Source of the DNA: Octopus sinensis
Taxonomy: Eukaryota
NCBI RefSeq assembly: GCF_006345805.1
Contig: NC_043013.1
Location: 56,730,001-56,794,000 of the forward strand
DNA length: 64,000 nucleotides
Direction: 5' to 3'
Shown: positions 1 through 12,546 of the stretch, piece after piece
Position numbering within the stretch: position 1 is the first letter of the stretch
Layout of the letters: every line of letters starts with the position of its first letter
Notes under the pieces: model-generated
Seen by the model: only the letters and a program-made list of their open reading frames with translations
Told to the model about the DNA's origin: nothing
The model's database searches: none
Translations under genes and position numbers: made by a program

Positions 1-56
1 TTTTAACCTATTTCTATGTTGAATATTAATGGGTAATAACTATGTAGACATATAAG

Positions 57-262
57 GCAGATAAATGGCAGAATCGTTAGCAGACTGGGCAAAATGCTGA
101 GCAGTTTTTAATCTGTCTCTAGGGTGTGAGTTCAAATTCCATCAAGGTCAACTTTGCCTTTCAGTATTGATTAAATAAGTACCAGTTGAGTACTTGGGTT
201 GATGTAATTGACCAATTTTTTGCCCTGAAATTGCTGGTCTTACACCAAAGTTTGAAAGCAAT
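57..262 (+). mobile_element. tRNA-derived SINE (family A in this window), degraded copy
   Basis: TGGCAGAATCGTTAG A-box-like, GAGTTCAAATTCC B-box, core CTTTGCCTTTCA...AAATAAGTACCAG; aligns by eye to the copy at 20626-20857. Confidence 0.75.
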
Positions 263-2384
263 ATTTCCGGTGTTGTTCAATATGAAACCAATAATTATGT
301 AGAAATATCTTTAAAAAATTCAGGTTTTAAAATCTGGATGTTTTTCTACTCCTCCATCCATTTCCATTCTCTTTTATTCTCACGAGTACCACCAACCAGA
401 AGGAGCAGCAACACTTGACTTCCCTACAAATTACCTTCACTCTTTCCTGCCTTCCACTCAGCCTTAATCACTCAGTGCTTCATTAGATTCCAGTTTTTTC
501 TGGATCTTGTAATATTTTTCTCTGGATCTTGTTTCCTGGATCAGAACTCTAGCAGAAGAAATTCCATTCTTTATGAAAGTATTAAGATATATAGACATTA
601 TTTCTATGGGCCACACTTTATCTAATTACTTCCAAGACAAAATGCTAAACTATAAACATACCAATTTAGACATTTATAATCATGGCTACATTTAGATTCA
701 GCTATCTCACATTGCGACAATACATGTTATGTTCAGATCATGCCAGTATGGTAAAAGTATCCACTACCAATGCTGCTGCTACTACTACTATAGCTGATGT
801 TGTTGTTGGCGATGTTGATGCTACTGTTGATGATGATGATGATGTTGTGGTGGTGAAAGGGATTATTTTGTGCTTGATAGCAATCACGGTCATGATTGTG
901 ATGGTTTTTTTTTGTCTGAGACTAAAAGAAATGAAGTAATATTAGCTGGAATTGTGTGATTACTTGAAGCCAAGGTCAATTATATCTTAAATAGTCAAAG
1001 AAGACATTCTACAGCTTCTCTACATGTTTACTCTTTTACTCTCTTGAGAAGTCACAATTCTTCCCGAAATTCTATCTTAGGAAACGGTCAAATGTTTATT
1101 CTGAGATTCCAGTAACAATAGTTAAAAATACTATTTCTTTATATATATATATTTTTTCTTTTCATTGGTGTGAGGAGTGTGTGAGGATGGTCAGATTGGG
1201 ATTTTGTAATGTCTGTGGTGATAGTATCAGGAAACTTGTAGGTTAAGGAATTATGGCATTATTTGTTCTAATTAATTGGACTGCTTTGTGTACTTGAATC
1301 AAGATTTATCAAGGACAAAACAAAGAAGTAACATAAAAGACAAAGGAAACTCATTTGAAAGGAAGAACTTTTGTTGTCAATTATCTTATTTTTATTTTAT
1401 TTTTCATTTTGATCTTTTTTTATTTCCTTTTGGTAAAGAATTTTACAAACAAGTTGCATTATGGTAGAGTCATGCCAGCCATTTATAAAACACTTGAACT
1501 GTTATATTCACTCATTTTAGATAATTTTGTTTTAGTATTCTGTAAATCATCGGCACCTGCATCGGCACCTGCATTGGCATCTGCATGGCTGTGAGGTTAC
1601 AAAGGATGCAGGTGCTTTCATCTTTTACTTTATTTGCAACTCTGAAATGAAGCTCTTTCACTGGAATCTAGTTAATATCACCAACATAGTTATGTGTATA
1701 TGTATCTGTGCATGTATGTATGTGCACAAATATATGTTTCTTTATATATGTATATGCCTACAGCGGGTTAAACTTCTACATATGTGTGCAAATGTTTGTC
1801 TATCATTTTCATCATTGTTGTCATCATTTAGTCTCCATTTTCCATGCTGGCATATATTTGTATGTGTATCAATACACCCTAAACTTCTGCAATATACATC
1901 ATTCTCTCTCTCTTTGTGTGTGTACTTACCATGCACGAACCCTCTTGAATTGTTTTAAATGTCTTTACAGTCAATATGCTTTTTTGACTAATTACCATGG
2001 TTTCATTCGATGGTATAATGGCATAATTTGCAATGTAGAGTATATTTTTTATCTAATAAACATTTTATTTTAGCCTCTTCGTGAAGAATAAAGTAAATAG
2101 TTACATCACAGATTTCTGTGGACAGAAAATATGTGGTCTTTGTAACTAATCTCTAGTTTTCTTTAGAAATAGAATAGCCATCTTTTCCTAATTTTTACTT
2201 TGGTGGGTCTACAGTGCCTCTACGGCAGGTGGGAGAGAGAGAGAGAAAGAGAGAAGGGGGAGGTGCCCCAAGGTTGGAGAACTGGCCAAAATGTTTATGA
2301 CAGAGTGAATATTTTGCTAAAAGTACCGAAGGTGACACGTGTTATTTTACCAAATGAAAGGATTAAATATGCCACCCAGGCAGG

Positions 2385-2612
2385 CTAGGGTAAAATTTGA
2401 ACTCAGGATATGCAGAACCAGAACAAATATCACAGGATATATGGTTGAAAATTCTCACAGCTGTGTCAATCCACCATACTGGATTGGTACTTTTTAATGA
2501 ATCCAGAAGAATGAAAGACAAAGTTAATCCCAGTGGGTTTTGAACCTAGAGAACAGGGACTCAGAATAAACAGCACAAGGAATTGTATCCAACACCTTAA
2601 TGACTCTGCCAA
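2385..2612 (-). mobile_element. SINE family A fragments
   Basis: Reverse complement of B-box (TTTGAACTCAG, TTTGAACCTAG) and core (GGTACTTT...GAATGAAAGACAAAGT). Confidence 0.55.
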
Positions 2613-4271
2613 TAAGATGTTCATAATTTATGCAAAATTCCCAATGAGGCTCAAAGGTCATTAAAAAAGATTTACATTATGTTTGTATCCAGAAACACTG
2701 ACCATTGCCTTAAGATTTACTTTCTTCATCTGTCTTGTCAAAAAGATACTCTTTAACTCTCTAACCAGTTTCAGGCAAAGAGATGCAGCCATTCTATGGC
2801 AACTGATTAATCAATTAGTCTAATTAACATAATGAGCTCTTCTTTGTATATACTGTAAATAAGTCTTTATGGAGAGAGAGAGGGAAGGAGGGAGAGAGAG
2901 GGAGGAAGGGTGAGAGAGAGAGGGAGGAAGGGAGAGAGAGAGCAACTGTTTGAGTGGTGACAAAATAAAGGGGATGCAGGCAGATTTGACTATTATTGAG
3001 GGGAGGAGTAGGAGGTAACAAAACAGAAGCCTGACCTTCTCCTCTCGCCCCTTACAACTCCCTTTTCCTTAACTCTGATTTATTTATCCTTCAGTAACAA
3101 CTGACAACAATGACATCGCTCTTTGCTTTGACAAAGAATTCTTCTACTAACAATAATTTCCTCTTCTTCCTCAAGACATGTTCCTTTGAATTGCGTCATT
3201 TTTTGCCCAACTCAGAGCTTCCAATTCTTTCCTCGGATTTTACTCTTTTACTACAACAATAACCTCCTGCTCAATTTTTATTCTTTTACTGTATTTTCTT
3301 AAAGTTGTAAATGGAATAAATAAAAACTGAATATCTTCAAAAACCACAGAAAGGGGATTTAAGCAACAAGTGATAACTTCTCACCTGGATAATCTGTTAT
3401 TCCATTGTCAGAAATGGTTCCTAGCTATTTAGCATTAATCCTCAATAAATTCCAAGTCTGTGAGTGTCAATATATTTTTGCTCTTGTGAAAAGTTTGAAA
3501 ATTTGACATTTTAGATATAAAAGATTTAACTCAATTAATTCCACACCAGACAATGTGTTATCAACAAACTCAAATCCATTTTATGGAATCATCATCTTAC
3601 CATTTTCCTCTTGCAATCTGAATTTAATGTTTAGATAATCCTTGAGGATAATGTTTTCAAGTGAGTTTCAAAAATATTTACAATAATATTTCAGAAGGAA
3701 TAATTACATCTCAAGTATCCCCATACTTTCTGAATATCCCCATACTTTCATGAATCTACAAGAATAATTTACGAAACTTTACAAAGATACATCTCTGATG
3801 GTGCCGAGCATTTTACTTTGGTTATTTGGAAGATAAGATCTTTAAATGATGTAAATTTAGAAATCTCCTTTGTGATAATATTTCACAAAGAAGAATCCAC
3901 TTCCACCAGTTGACAGCTTGGCTAATAACCAATGTTTTCCATTTTGGCACCATTCCATTGGTCAGCTGATCAGTATTTAAAGCTGATTGACATCTTGCTT
4001 GAAAATATATGTTAGGTTCACTGATGATGCTGGTTAGGAAAGCACGTAGCTGTGATGAGATATTAGATAAGAACGGAAGATACTAAAATGAGAAATGATA
4101 GACGAGGTGATGAAAGCTCATTAAAGAATTTATAAGTTGTCAGTGAAGCAAGAACCAAATTTAGAACTGTTGATAGCAGCAAAAATAACGATATTGTTGC
4201 AGATGGAATAAGAAACTATCAACGATAGACTAAAAGGATATTGAATGGAATAGCAAACACTAACTAAAACT

Positions 4272-4390
4272 CTCCTCCTCCTCCATGTTGTTGTTGTTGT
4301 TGTTGTTGTTGTTCTTCTTCTTCTTCTTCTTCTTCTTCTTCTTCTTCTTCTTCTTCTTCTTCTTCTTCTTCTTCTTCTTCTTCTTCTCCT
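4272..4390. repeat. Compound (CTC)n(TTG)n(TTC)n microsatellite
   Basis: Read directly; explains the poly-E/Q and poly-F ORFs. Confidence 0.95.
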
Positions 4391-5175
4391 CTTTCTTTCT
4401 CACTCACATCATCAATCATTTCCAGTTTAATATTACAGTTCAAAGAAACTACTTCATCGTTCATTCATGATGGTACCTTGATGTCTTTAATTTCTCATGT
4501 ATATCAGGATTCTTAATTAAAAGCTAATTTTTATATCTCTCCTTTATTGAATTTATGCAATCACAGATGAAAATTCAATAAAACAATTATTTACAGATTT
4601 TAAATATTTTGAAAAGTCACAGCTGTTGACAGAATGTCAGTAACTTGTTTCCCATCAAGCCCCTATGTTGCGCTGGTGACAGACAAAAATGTAAGGCTTA
4701 ATAACCTGTCACATGACCTAGCAACAGATATATAATGTGGATTTGTAGATTAGCTCATTTTACCTGTTCCTGGGTGGTAGACAGAAGACATCACCTAGTT
4801 GAACCTGAATAGCTGACCCTTAGATGGCCTTAGGAGTGGTCACCCTGTTTTGGATATTTGGAGCAGGTTTTCCCTTTAAGGACAACTTGATGTGTTGATA
4901 CTCTGATACCTACAGCATACCTCAGGAATCATAATTTATCCCTTTCCCTTCAATCATTCTCAAAGGCTAAAAGTCACGACTGTTACCTTTCCTCTCCTTA
5001 TGAAATCTTTATGTTTTCTATAATTGCTTCAGACTGACAGGTTTGAAACAATAGGAGCGTAAATCCAGGGTGCTGCCCCCCCCCCCCCAATCAGGGTCAA
5101 TTCCTTACAAATATTAATAAGCTCAATAAAATATTTCATTGAACATAACAATCAACTAAATTCCTTGTCTTGAAA

Positions 5176-5353
5176 TATTGGTTTCAAATTTTGGCACAAG
5201 GCCAGCAGTTTTGGAGAAGGGTATGAGGTGGTTCCATTGACCCCAACTGTTACTTTATCAACCCCAAAAAGATGAAAAGCAAAGTAGACCCTGGTGGAAT
5301 TTGAACTCTGAACATGTAGACAGTTGAAATGCTATTAAGCATTTTGCCTGGCA
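5176..5353 (-). mobile_element. SINE family A, abutting the satellite
   Basis: Reverse complement of core (TACTTTATCAACCCC...GATGAAAAGCAAAGT) and B-box (GGAATTTGAACTC). Confidence 0.7.
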
Positions 5354-5356
5354 AGT

Positions 5357-8157
5357 TTGTATGTAAGTATGTATGTATATATGCATGTATGTATGTATGT
5401 ATGTATGTATGTATGCATGTATGTATTATGTATGTATGCATTATGTATGTATGTATGTATGTATTATGTATGCATGTATGTATGTATGATGTATGTATGC
5501 ATGATGTATGTATGTATGCATGTATGTATGCATGTTGTATGTATGTATGTATGTATGTATTATGTATGTTATGCATGAATGTAGTATGTATGTATGTATG
5601 CATGTATTATGTATGTATGTATGTTGTATGTATGCATGTATGTATGTATGTATGTATGCATGTATGTATGCATGTATTTATGTATGCATGTATGTATGTG
5701 CATGTATGTATGTATGTATGTATGTATGTATGCATGTATGTATGTATGTATGTATGTATGCATGTATGTATGCAGTATGTATGTATGTATGCATGTATAT
5801 ATGCATGTATGTATGTATGTATATATGCATGTATGTATTATGTATGTATGTATGCATGTATGTATGTATGTATGTATATATGCATGTATGTATGTAGTAT
5901 GTATGTATGTATGTATGTATGTATCATGTATGTATGTATGCATGTATGTATGTATGTGCATGTATGTATGTATGTATGTTGTATGTATGTATGCATGTAT
6001 TATGTATGTATGCATGTATGTATTATGTATGTATGCATGTATGTATGTATGTATATATGTATGTATGTATGGTATGTATGTATGTATGTATATATGCATG
6101 TATGTATGTATGTATGTAGTATGTATGTATGTAATGTATGTATGTATGTATGTATGTATGTATGGTATGTATGTATGTATGTATGTATGTATGTATTGTA
6201 TGTATGTATGTATGCATGTATGTATGTTATGCATGAATGTATGCATGTATGTATGTATGTATGTATGTAGGCATGTATGTATGTTATGCATGAATGTATG
6301 TATGTATGTATGTATGTATGTATGTATGTATGTATGTATATATGCATGTATGTATGTATGTATGTATGTATGTATGTATGCATGTATGTATGTATGTATG
6401 TATGTATGTATGTATGTATGTATGTTATGAATGAATGTATGTATGTATGTATGTATGTATGTTATGCATGAATGTATGTATGTATGTATGTATGTATGTA
6501 TGTATGTATGTATGTTATGCATGAATGTATGTATGTATGTATGTATGTATGTATGTATGTATGTATGTATGTATGTTATGCATGAATGTATGTATGTATG
6601 TATGTGTATGTATGTATGTATGTATGCATGTATGTATGTATGTAGTATGTATGTATGTATGTATGTATGTATGTATGTATGATGTATGTATGCATGTATG
6701 TATGTATGTATGTATGTAGTATGTATGTATGTATGTATGTATGTATGTATGTATGTATGTATGTATGTATGTATGTATGTATGTATGTATGCATGTATGT
6801 TATGCATGAATGTATGTATGTATGTATGTATGCATGTATGTATGTATGCATGTATGTATGTATGTATGTATGTATGTTATGCATGAATGTATGTATGTAT
6901 GTATGTATGCATGTATATATGCATGTATGTATGTATGTATGTATGTATGCATGTATGTATGTATGTATGTATGTATGTATGTATGTTATGCATGAATGTA
7001 TGTATGTATGTATGTATGTATGTATGTATGTTATGCATGAATGTATGTATGTATGCATGTATGTATGCATGTATGTATGTATGTATGTATGTATGTATGT
7101 ATGTATGTATGTATGTTATGCATGAATGTATGTATGCATGTATGTATGTATGTATGTATGTATGTATGTATGTATGTTATGCATGAATGTATGTATGTAT
7201 GCATGTATGTATGCATGTATGTATGTATGTATGTATGTATGTATGTATGTATGTATGTATGTATGTATGCATGCATGTATGTATGTATGTATGTATGTAT
7301 GCATGTATGTATGTATGTATGTATGTATGTATGTATGTATGTATGTATGTATGTATGAATGTATGTATGTATGCATGTATGTATGCATGTATGTATGTAT
7401 GTATGTATGTATGTATGTTATGCATGAATGTATGTATGTATGTATGTATGTATGTATGTATGTATGTATGCATGTATGTATGTATGTATGTATGTATGTA
7501 TGTATGTATGTATGTTATGCATGAATGTATGTATGTATGCATGTATGTATGTATGTATGTATGTATGTATGTATGTATGTATGTATGTATGTATGTATGT
7601 ATGTATGTATGTATGTATGTTATGCATGAATGTATGTATGTATGCATGTATGTATGCATGTATGTATGTATGTATGTATGTATGTATGTATGTTATGCAT
7701 GAATGTATGTATGTATGGATGTATGTATGTATGTATGTATGTATGCATGTATGTATGTATGTATGTATGTATGTATGTATGTTATGCATGAATGTATGTA
7801 TGTATGCATGTATGTATGTATGTATGTATGTATGTATGTATGTATGTATGTATGTATGTATGTTATGCATGAATGTATGTATGTATGCATGTATGTATGC
7901 ATGTATGTATGTATGTATGTATGTATGTGTGTATGTATATATGCATGTATGTATGTATGTATGTATGTATGTATGTATGTATGTATGTATGTATGTATGT
8001 ATGTATGTATGTTATGCATGAATGTATGTATGTATGCATGTATGTATGCATGTATGTATGTATGTATGTATGTATGTATGTTATGCATGAATGTATGTAT
8101 GTATGTATGTATGTATGTATGTATGTATGTATGTATGCATGAATGTATGTATGTATG
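5357..8157. repeat. ~2.8 kb (TATG)n simple satellite with CATG variants and a recurring GTTATGCATGAAT interruption
   Basis: Read directly; source of all MYVC/HTYI ORFs. Confidence 0.97.
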
Positions 8158-8159
8158 AG

Positions 8160-8410
8160 TGTGTGTGTGTGTTTGTGTGTATCTTTGTCTTGACATCTTG
8201 TGATGATTGTAATTGACCATCACCTTCATACAAGCAATGTTCTTTACTTCCATTCTTCCATGGAAAACATGTCTGGCCTTTTGGGAAATATTGCTTTGCT
8301 TGAAAGCAAATGAGAGTTAGCAACAGGAAAGGCATCCATTCAATGTAAATCTCCCTCAACTGATTTTGTCTGACCCATATAAGTATGGAAACGCAGGCAT
8401 TGGATAATGA
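8160..8410 (+). mobile_element. 3' part of a SINE with an RTE-related tail, degraded
   Basis: CAACAGGAAAGGCATCCA...GACCCATATAAGTATGGAAA resembles the RTE 3' end at 35570-35700. Confidence 0.5.
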
Positions 8411-11400
8411 TATTTCTTACAGGAAGTGATGGAACCAAATTTAGCCTGGAATGTTCTATGTTTTTTTTCTTGCAATCTTATGCCACCCATTTGAGAGAAT
8501 TTATTAGTATTGATCTTAAATATCATACAATTACCACAGCAGTGGTGAGTTTAAGGTAATTATTTATTAATATAATTCATGCAGTTGAAATTTGAGTTTG
8601 TATATTTGAAGCAGGTCCCTGATGAAGCCAGAAAAGTTTTAAGAGTTTCGTTAGAGCCAATTCTTTTCTTCTTTCTTGCTGTCTTTGAAATAAGGGGAAG
8701 TGCCCCCTTAACCTTTATAGGCTTTCCAAGATTGTTAAGCTTGATTGCATCAATCTACTTTTAAGCTGCTGCAGGTGACACCTGCAGGAAAGGCATTAGT
8801 GAAGGAGAAATTCCAGAGGGATATTTTGGGGAGGGAGGACTGGGGCTAGTGAGACAATGAAATAAATATATAATTCCAGGGATCCCAAAGTTATGGGAAA
8901 GTAAATGACCTCATTCTACTTTCACTGCAAAAAGAAGTGTCTAGGCATGTGACTGGAACATAAAGATTTCCTCAGATGCTGAGACCAGTGTACTTCTCCA
9001 AGAACAACAGAAGTGAATCAAGTAAAATAATAAAATGCTTTCACTTTTAAATTTATACATAAATTCATTTCTGCTATTTTTAGAAGTTTATGCATTTTAT
9101 AGAATATTACAAATCCACTTTATTACATGAAACAATTCACATCATTTGCATTTTACAAACTTTTATATTTATGGAGGTAAGTTGTTTAGTTTTGAATACT
9201 AATTAGGCTGAAGAAATATAACCAGTATAATACAACAATACCCTACATACACCACTCCTGAGAAAACTATGAGATTTGTCCCTCCTATTTAGAATATTAC
9301 AGTTCCATAATAACTATCACACACTGCTGCTAAGAAGATATGAGCTCTGTCCCTCATATCCCAAACTAAGCTATAAACATTTTAAAATCTAGATCTAAGA
9401 AAAGTCTGTGTTTATGTCAGTTTTATTTCTAAGAAAGACAAGGTACCATAAAGTTTTCTTGTACTCTACTAGACAAGATATTTCCCAGAGATTACATACT
9501 TTCTTCTTTAAGGTAGCTAAACTTAGAAAATTCTTTAACTCAAATGTCAGTATTCATAGAAATTAATCAAAGATTGTAACTTGATAGCAGCTATAACAGG
9601 AAATGTATTTCACTAAAGCTTCATACCGGAAATATTGCAGCAGAATCAAGAAGCTATACTGGTAAAAGATTAAGAGAACTATGACAAACCGAAATTTTAT
9701 ATTAGGCAACTCCGTTATTAAAGAGAAGAATAAGCTTTTATTGACATGAGAAAGTTGGTGGAATTATGCGTGTTTTTGCTGGTTGTTTTTGTTTTCTCTG
9801 TTTTTTTTTTATATCTGCTCTTTATTCCATATTACAATGGATTGGAATGATGCTTCAACTTTGGTAATTTACAAAGGATTTTGGGAAATGTTGATTTTAT
9901 AGTTTCCTGTTGTGTCATAAATATGCTGCCAATACCATAAAATGTGAGTGGAGAAAGGTTCGACTGTTAAAGGACAAAAATAAGATCAAAGAAACAGAGG
10001 TTACGTATAATGGCATTACTAAATATATTGATTGTTAGTCTAAGCAGTGGGGCAGACGTTTTTGGCAGGGGAAGAATATGATCAACTGTATTGATTCTTG
10101 TAATTAACAAATATATTTCAGAATTGCCATAAGTAATAAGGCACCTTGGTTAAGAGGCATCTACCATAGTCTTGTGAGTGGAGTTTGGTAAAATGAACTG
10201 GTTAAATGAATCTAACCACTTCAATGAACATAAGACTGCAAATCAGTTAATAAATGCCTTTGTATTGTGCTCTGAAAAGTCACATGTCTGTACGCATTGG
10301 TAATTGATATCCTTCTGTATTGCATTTAACTATGAAGAGATATTTCTAAGATAGGTGAATAGATTATCAGCTGAGCTAAAATGTAAACTCTACTCTGCAG
10401 CTCATTAACAAGCAATGGTGATGCATTGACGTGCATCTCTCAATGAGTATCTATGGGCAAATATTTTGACAATATGGATTAGCAAAACTTGTAAATATTT
10501 GTGGGAAAACCTTGAAACACAGTGCTATCTGAATGAATGTACTTGTGATATTTGTTCTGTTCTGAGTGACACAAATACTCCCTTATTACTTTTGGCAATG
10601 GAAATGCAGTGGACTATTGACTAACTTGGAAACCCATGAGGCTTTTGATCACAGACTGAATTATAAACTAAATTAATTAAACACTAAACATTCACAGAAT
10701 GTAACCAGATAGAGGAGACAGTGATGGGTGTGTTTTCTAGATCTACATTCACATTATTTTAAATGGTTAGTGTAGAATATAATGTCACACTCTAATATAA
10801 ACCTCTAATTTATACCATGCATGAGAATAATATTTTTATTGTGACAAACCACGAGATTTTGCTGAAAGTAAAGAAGAATGTGCAAAATAACTCTTATCTC
10901 TCCTTTAATGTCTAACATGGCTTAGGTAGAGATTTAGGGAGTTTGATAACCTTAATCTTAACTGTAAATGTAGGAAGTAGGGAAAAACTGTTATATAACA
11001 TCAGCCTGCATATGAAAAAGATAAATGAAATGACAAAAACAAAACAACCTGCAATTTGTAATTACATGTATGTGCATGGATATATATGTCTGCATAGATA
11101 TAAAATATTAGTAGTAAAGTCCCTAGTCAGAAGTGCCATTGGATTTTTCTGCACAAAAATGGTAGAACACAAAGTAATTCCTTGAATAAAGCCAAATGTG
11201 AGTTAATGACAACAGATTTGGAAATAAATTCTAACATTAGATTATGCAACAAAGGAAAATAATGCAATAAATAAAAAGAAAAGCAATAACAGTGAAAAAA
11301 CACAAAGAAACACATAAAATATATGAGCAAAAAGCCTCCTACTTTGGCTGTTTAATGCATGAATAAATTAACATGAATCTCATTAAGTTGAACATCATGT

Positions 11401-11983
11401 GGTACATGGAATCATAAAATAAATGTAGCAATAATGTATTACAAGAACAACACAATTAAAAATCATAAACAACAGACCATTGAAGAAATGAGACAACAAG
11501 AAAGTCACTAGATGGTCGCTTGACCTGCTAGAAATGGATGCTCAATCTATATGAAAAGGAATGCATTCCACTTCAGTTTGTCTGTGTTATATTTATTGAT
11601 TCAAAAGAATTGTGTTTTGTGTAAGAGAGCATGACTTAGCCTTTTGTTAAACAGATATCAATAAATACATACCAGAACAGATAATATAGTGCCAAGATAA
11701 ACTATGGCCAAAATTAATACAGGATGGTTATTGCTGGATTGAATGCTTTTGGCATTCTTGTTAATTAGGCCTGGCCTAGGGTTAAACAAGTGCACTCACT
11801 GAGAAAAATCTACAACTGACCAAAGTAATTCACCAATTTGTAAGCCAAATGATGTTAGTTGTGGCACAGGATGCATACATGTGCCACTCTTTCTCTTTGA
11901 CTCTTCATGCAATTACAATAAAATGACTGAGTGTCCGGAGACTGGACCTGCTAGAAATAACGGCCAAATTTTCTTCTAATATA

Positions 11984-12546
11984 TTGGGTTGTCTGGAAAG
12001 TTCATGCCGATTTATAGTAGCTTATCGTTCGACTTATTTTAGAATATGGTTGAGTCCATAAAATAGGATTTGACTACACCTCCATTTAGAGCACAGTTTA
12101 AGCTATCATTTCGTGGAAGAAGGTTTATGTTCCTATAACCTGTGTTAATTCCGTAACCCTTTAAAATGGAAGATAAGAAAGTTCATTTTCGGCACTTGAT
12201 GCTTTGGGAATCAGACAAATTCCTGCAACTTGGCTGGAATGTGTTACCCCACCCTCCATATTCACCAGATATTGCTCCTTCGGATTTCCACTTATTCAGG
12301 TCTCTGCAGAATAGTCTTAATGGTAGAAATTTCAATTCCTTGGATGGTGTAAAAAGATACCTTGATGAATTCTTTGCCATGAAACAACCTCAATTCTGAG
12401 AAGAGGGTGTTTTCAAGTTGAAGGAAAGATGGAGACACATTGTGCAACAAAATGGTTCATATTTGGTTGATTAAAATGTAATGGCAAGCATTTATTGACC
12501 ATTTTCTTTCCTTTAAAAATCGGCACGAACTTTCTGGACAACCCAA
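11984..12546 (+). mobile_element. Internally deleted mariner DNA transposon with ~30 bp TIRs and TA target duplication
   Basis: TIRs TTGGGTTGTCTGGAAAGTTCATGCCGATTT / AAATCGGCACGAACTTTCTGGACAACCCAA; TA at 11982-83 and 12547-48. Confidence 0.93.
12166..12474 (+). pseudogene. Mariner transposase remnant (N-terminus fused to C-terminus)
   Basis: MEDKKVHFRHLMLW joined to LGWNVLPHPPYSPDIAPSDFHLFRSLQ (mariner YSPDLAPSD motif); premature TGA ending at 12399. Confidence 0.9.

Noticed and set aside
682-939. 85 aa ORF with a hydrophobic C-terminus
   Set aside because: Built largely from GCT/ACT/GAT/GTT triplet runs; no recognisable domain
3050-4260. Possible ancient LINE remnant
   Set aside because: Only vague peptide hints; cannot be supported without a profile search
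6220-8100. CRISPR-like regularly recurring GTTATGCATGAAT motif
   Set aside because: The spacers are just (TATG)n, not unique; no cas genes; eukaryotic context
5250-8253. Many long ORFs (up to 412 aa) of MYVC/HTYI repeats
   Set aside because: Translations of the (TATG)n satellite, which lacks stops in most frames
8618-8660. CCTGATGAAGCC hammerhead-like start
   Set aside because: No stem II partner or correctly placed GAAA
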